NCBI GenBank assembly: GCA_003559395.1
Contig: PWLL01000040.1
Location: 1 to 6,861, forward strand
Direction: 5' to 3'
DNA: 6,861 nucleotides
Source of the DNA: Candidatus Iainarchaeum sp.
Lineage (GTDB): Archaea; Iainarchaeota; Iainarchaeia; Iainarchaeales; CSSED10-239
Below the pieces are notes generated by a model. It saw only the letters and a list, made by a program, of their open reading frames with translations. It ran no database searches and was not told the DNA's origin. This document shows, in pieces, positions 5,615 to 6,861 of the stretch (positions are counted from its first letter, which is position 1; the number at the start of each line of letters is the position of its first letter). The position numbers and the translations under genes are program-made.

Positions 5615-6721
5615 ATGTTTAAGATAAATAAAAAAGATGAAAAAACAAAAGCAAGAACAGGCACACTCTCAACCACACACGGAAAGATAACCACCCCTTT
5701 TTACATGCCTGTTGTTACTAAAGGTGCAGGAAAGTATGTTACTTTTAAAGATCTTGATAAGCTTGACTATGAATGTTTTATCTCAAACGCTTATCTTCTG
5801 TATCTTAAACCAGGATTAGAAACCTTAAAAGAAACAAAAGGTTATCATAACTTCATAAACTGGCAAAAAGCAATATTTACTGACAGCGGTGGATTCCAGT
5901 TACTTGACCCAACATTTCTTTTATCAATAAACGATAAAGGTGTTTCTTTTAGATCACCATTTAACGGAGACAAACACTTTATATCTCCAGAAAAGCTTAT
6001 GGAAATACAAAACACAATAGGCTCAGATATAGCCATGGTCTTAGATCATCTTTTAGGACCAAACGAAACCTACCAAGCACATGTAGAAGCAACCAACAGA
6101 ACAATAGATTGGGCGAAAAGATGTTATGACTCTCACAAAAATAAAAAACAGTTGTTGTTTGGGATTGTTCAAGGTGGAACCTATAAAGATCTAAGAAATT
6201 TTTGTGCAAAAAAAATAAACAAAATAAACTTTGATGGTGTGGCTATTGGTGGGTTAGCTATAGGAGAGTCTAAAGAAAACATGTATATGGCAATTGACTA
6301 TTCCTTAGAAGAAATAGATGAAAACAAAGTAAGATATCTTATGGGTGTTGGTTCTCCTGAAGATGTTGTTATTTCTATAGGAAAAGGAATTGATTGTTTT
6401 GATTCTATTTTTCCTACAAAGATGGCTAGACATGGGGTTGTGTTTACTATGAATGGTCCTTTAAAGCTAGGAAAACAAAAATATCGTGATGTTCATGTGC
6501 CTTTAGAAAAAGGTTGTGATTGTTATGTTTGTAAAAACCATTCTAAAGCTTATCTTCATCATCTTTTTAGAGTAAAAGAGCCAAATGCAAAGATATTGTT
6601 AACTATTCATAATTTAGCTTTTATGCAAAGGTTAATTAAAAAAGCAAGAGAGGAGATTATTAATAACAATTATGAAAGTTTTAAAGATAGTTTTTTAGAA
6701 AACTATAAACCTTTAGATTAA
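5615..6721 (+). CDS. tgt: tRNA-guanine transglycosylase, catalytic TIM-barrel only, with bacterial/eukaryal (queuine-type) motifs
   Basis: 368 codons. KARTGTLSTTHGKITTPFYMPVVTKG, FTDSGGFQ, LLFGIVQGG, GVAIGGLAIGES, RYLMGVGSPEDVV, GIDCFDSIFPTKMARHG, and the Zn site CDCYVCKNHSKAYLHHL. There are no C-terminal PUA-type domains. Confidence 0.95.
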   Translation: MFKINKKDEKTKARTGTLSTTHGKITTPFYMPVVTKGAGKYVTFKDLDKLDYECFISNAYLLYLKPGLETLKETKGYHNFINWQKAIFTDSGGFQLLDPTFLLSINDKGVSFRSPFNGDKHFISPEKLMEIQNTIGSDIAMVLDHLLGPNETYQAHVEATNRTIDWAKRCYDSHKNKKQLLFGIVQGGTYKDLRNFCAKKINKINFDGVAIGGLAIGESKENMYMAIDYSLEEIDENKVRYLMGVGSPEDVVISIGKGIDCFDSIFPTKMARHGVVFTMNGPLKLGKQKYRDVHVPLEKGCDCYVCKNHSKAYLHHLFRVKEPNAKILLTIHNLAFMQRLIKKAREEIINNNYESFKDSFLENYKPLD

Positions 6722-6861
6722 TAATATATAATATCTATTAAATGTGATTGATGTGCCTGGAAGAATTCCAATAAGAAGAACAAGAAATACTAGTTATATT
6801 TTTAATAATAAAAATAAAACACCCTCACAAGATCCTAAAAAAACAAATAAAAAACAAATAA

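Noticed and set aside
5581-5622. 13-codon micro-ORF (MTFVRYVGQEKHV) overlapping the tgt start codon.
   Set aside because: No RBS, and it sits in the degenerate fourth copy of the 23-bp repeat. Micro-ORFs of this size are expected by chance. The upstream-ORF regulation idea has no support.
85-6209. Ten other ORFs in the six-frame track. Minus strand: 85-282, 337-687, 825-1061, 1246-1452, 1800-2330, 4540-4728, 5509-5694, 5845-6036, 5997-6209. Plus strand: 1232-1426.
   Set aside because: Each lies inside or overlaps a + strand gene with strong family motifs. Their products are low-complexity (Phe/Ser/Ile/Leu-rich), as expected from reading AT-rich Lys/Glu/Asn-rich coding sequence in another frame. 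No start-site or motif support.
5615-6721. TGT homologue as a DpdA-like DNA-guanine transglycosylase (7-deazaguanine DNA modification/defence), given its position next to TA modules.
   Set aside because: The protein keeps the full canonical tRNA-Tgt motif set and typical Tgt length. No dpdB/dpdC-like or preQ0-synthesis genes are adjacent in the window. Phylogeny would be needed to exclude this formally.
6744-6861. Frame open from GTG 6744 (or GTG 6753) to the right window edge: IDVPGRIPIRRTRNTSYIFNNKNKTPSQDPKKTNKKQI...
   Set aside because: Only ~39 codons, a non-ATG start, no SD or TATA geometry I trust, and a low-complexity basic sequence. It could be the 5' end of a real gene, but this window alone cannot support it.
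1-6861. CRISPR array, tRNA/rRNA/SRP RNA, or an integrated mobile element.
   Set aside because: No regularly spaced repeats of 24 nt or more with unique spacers. No GC-rich structured islands, which would stand out in this AT-rich background. No integrase, transposase or terminal inverted repeats.

Overview
Strongly AT-rich, gene-dense window with all eight credible CDSs on the + strand. The host looks archaeal. Evidence: an archaeal-type SRP54 N domain, a short FlaK/PibD-like A24 peptidase, oligo-T runs right after operon-terminal stops, and TATA-like boxes about 27 bp upstream of first-gene ATGs. A small-genome DPANN-like lineage is my inference only. Gene order: (1) an NTase-fold protein with an unassigned C-terminal tail; (2) a tight srp54 / prepilin-preflagellin peptidase operon; (3) a type II mazE/mazF toxin-antitoxin pair; (4) a type IV abiEi/abiEii toxin-antitoxin pair; (5) a tRNA-guanine transglycosylase whose motifs look bacterial (queuosine-type), not archaeal (archaeosine-type). 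I saw no rRNA, tRNA, CRISPR array, integrase or transposase. Most of the window belongs to recognisable families, and I cannot point to a clearly novel multi-gene system. The least-explained items are the orphan NTase at the left edge (its possible partner is cut off), the dyad symmetries around the abiE promoter, a 23-bp tandem repeat array bridging abiEii and tgt with no terminator between them, and a bacterial-type tgt in an archaeal context. All family assignments are motif recognition by eye; no searches were run.
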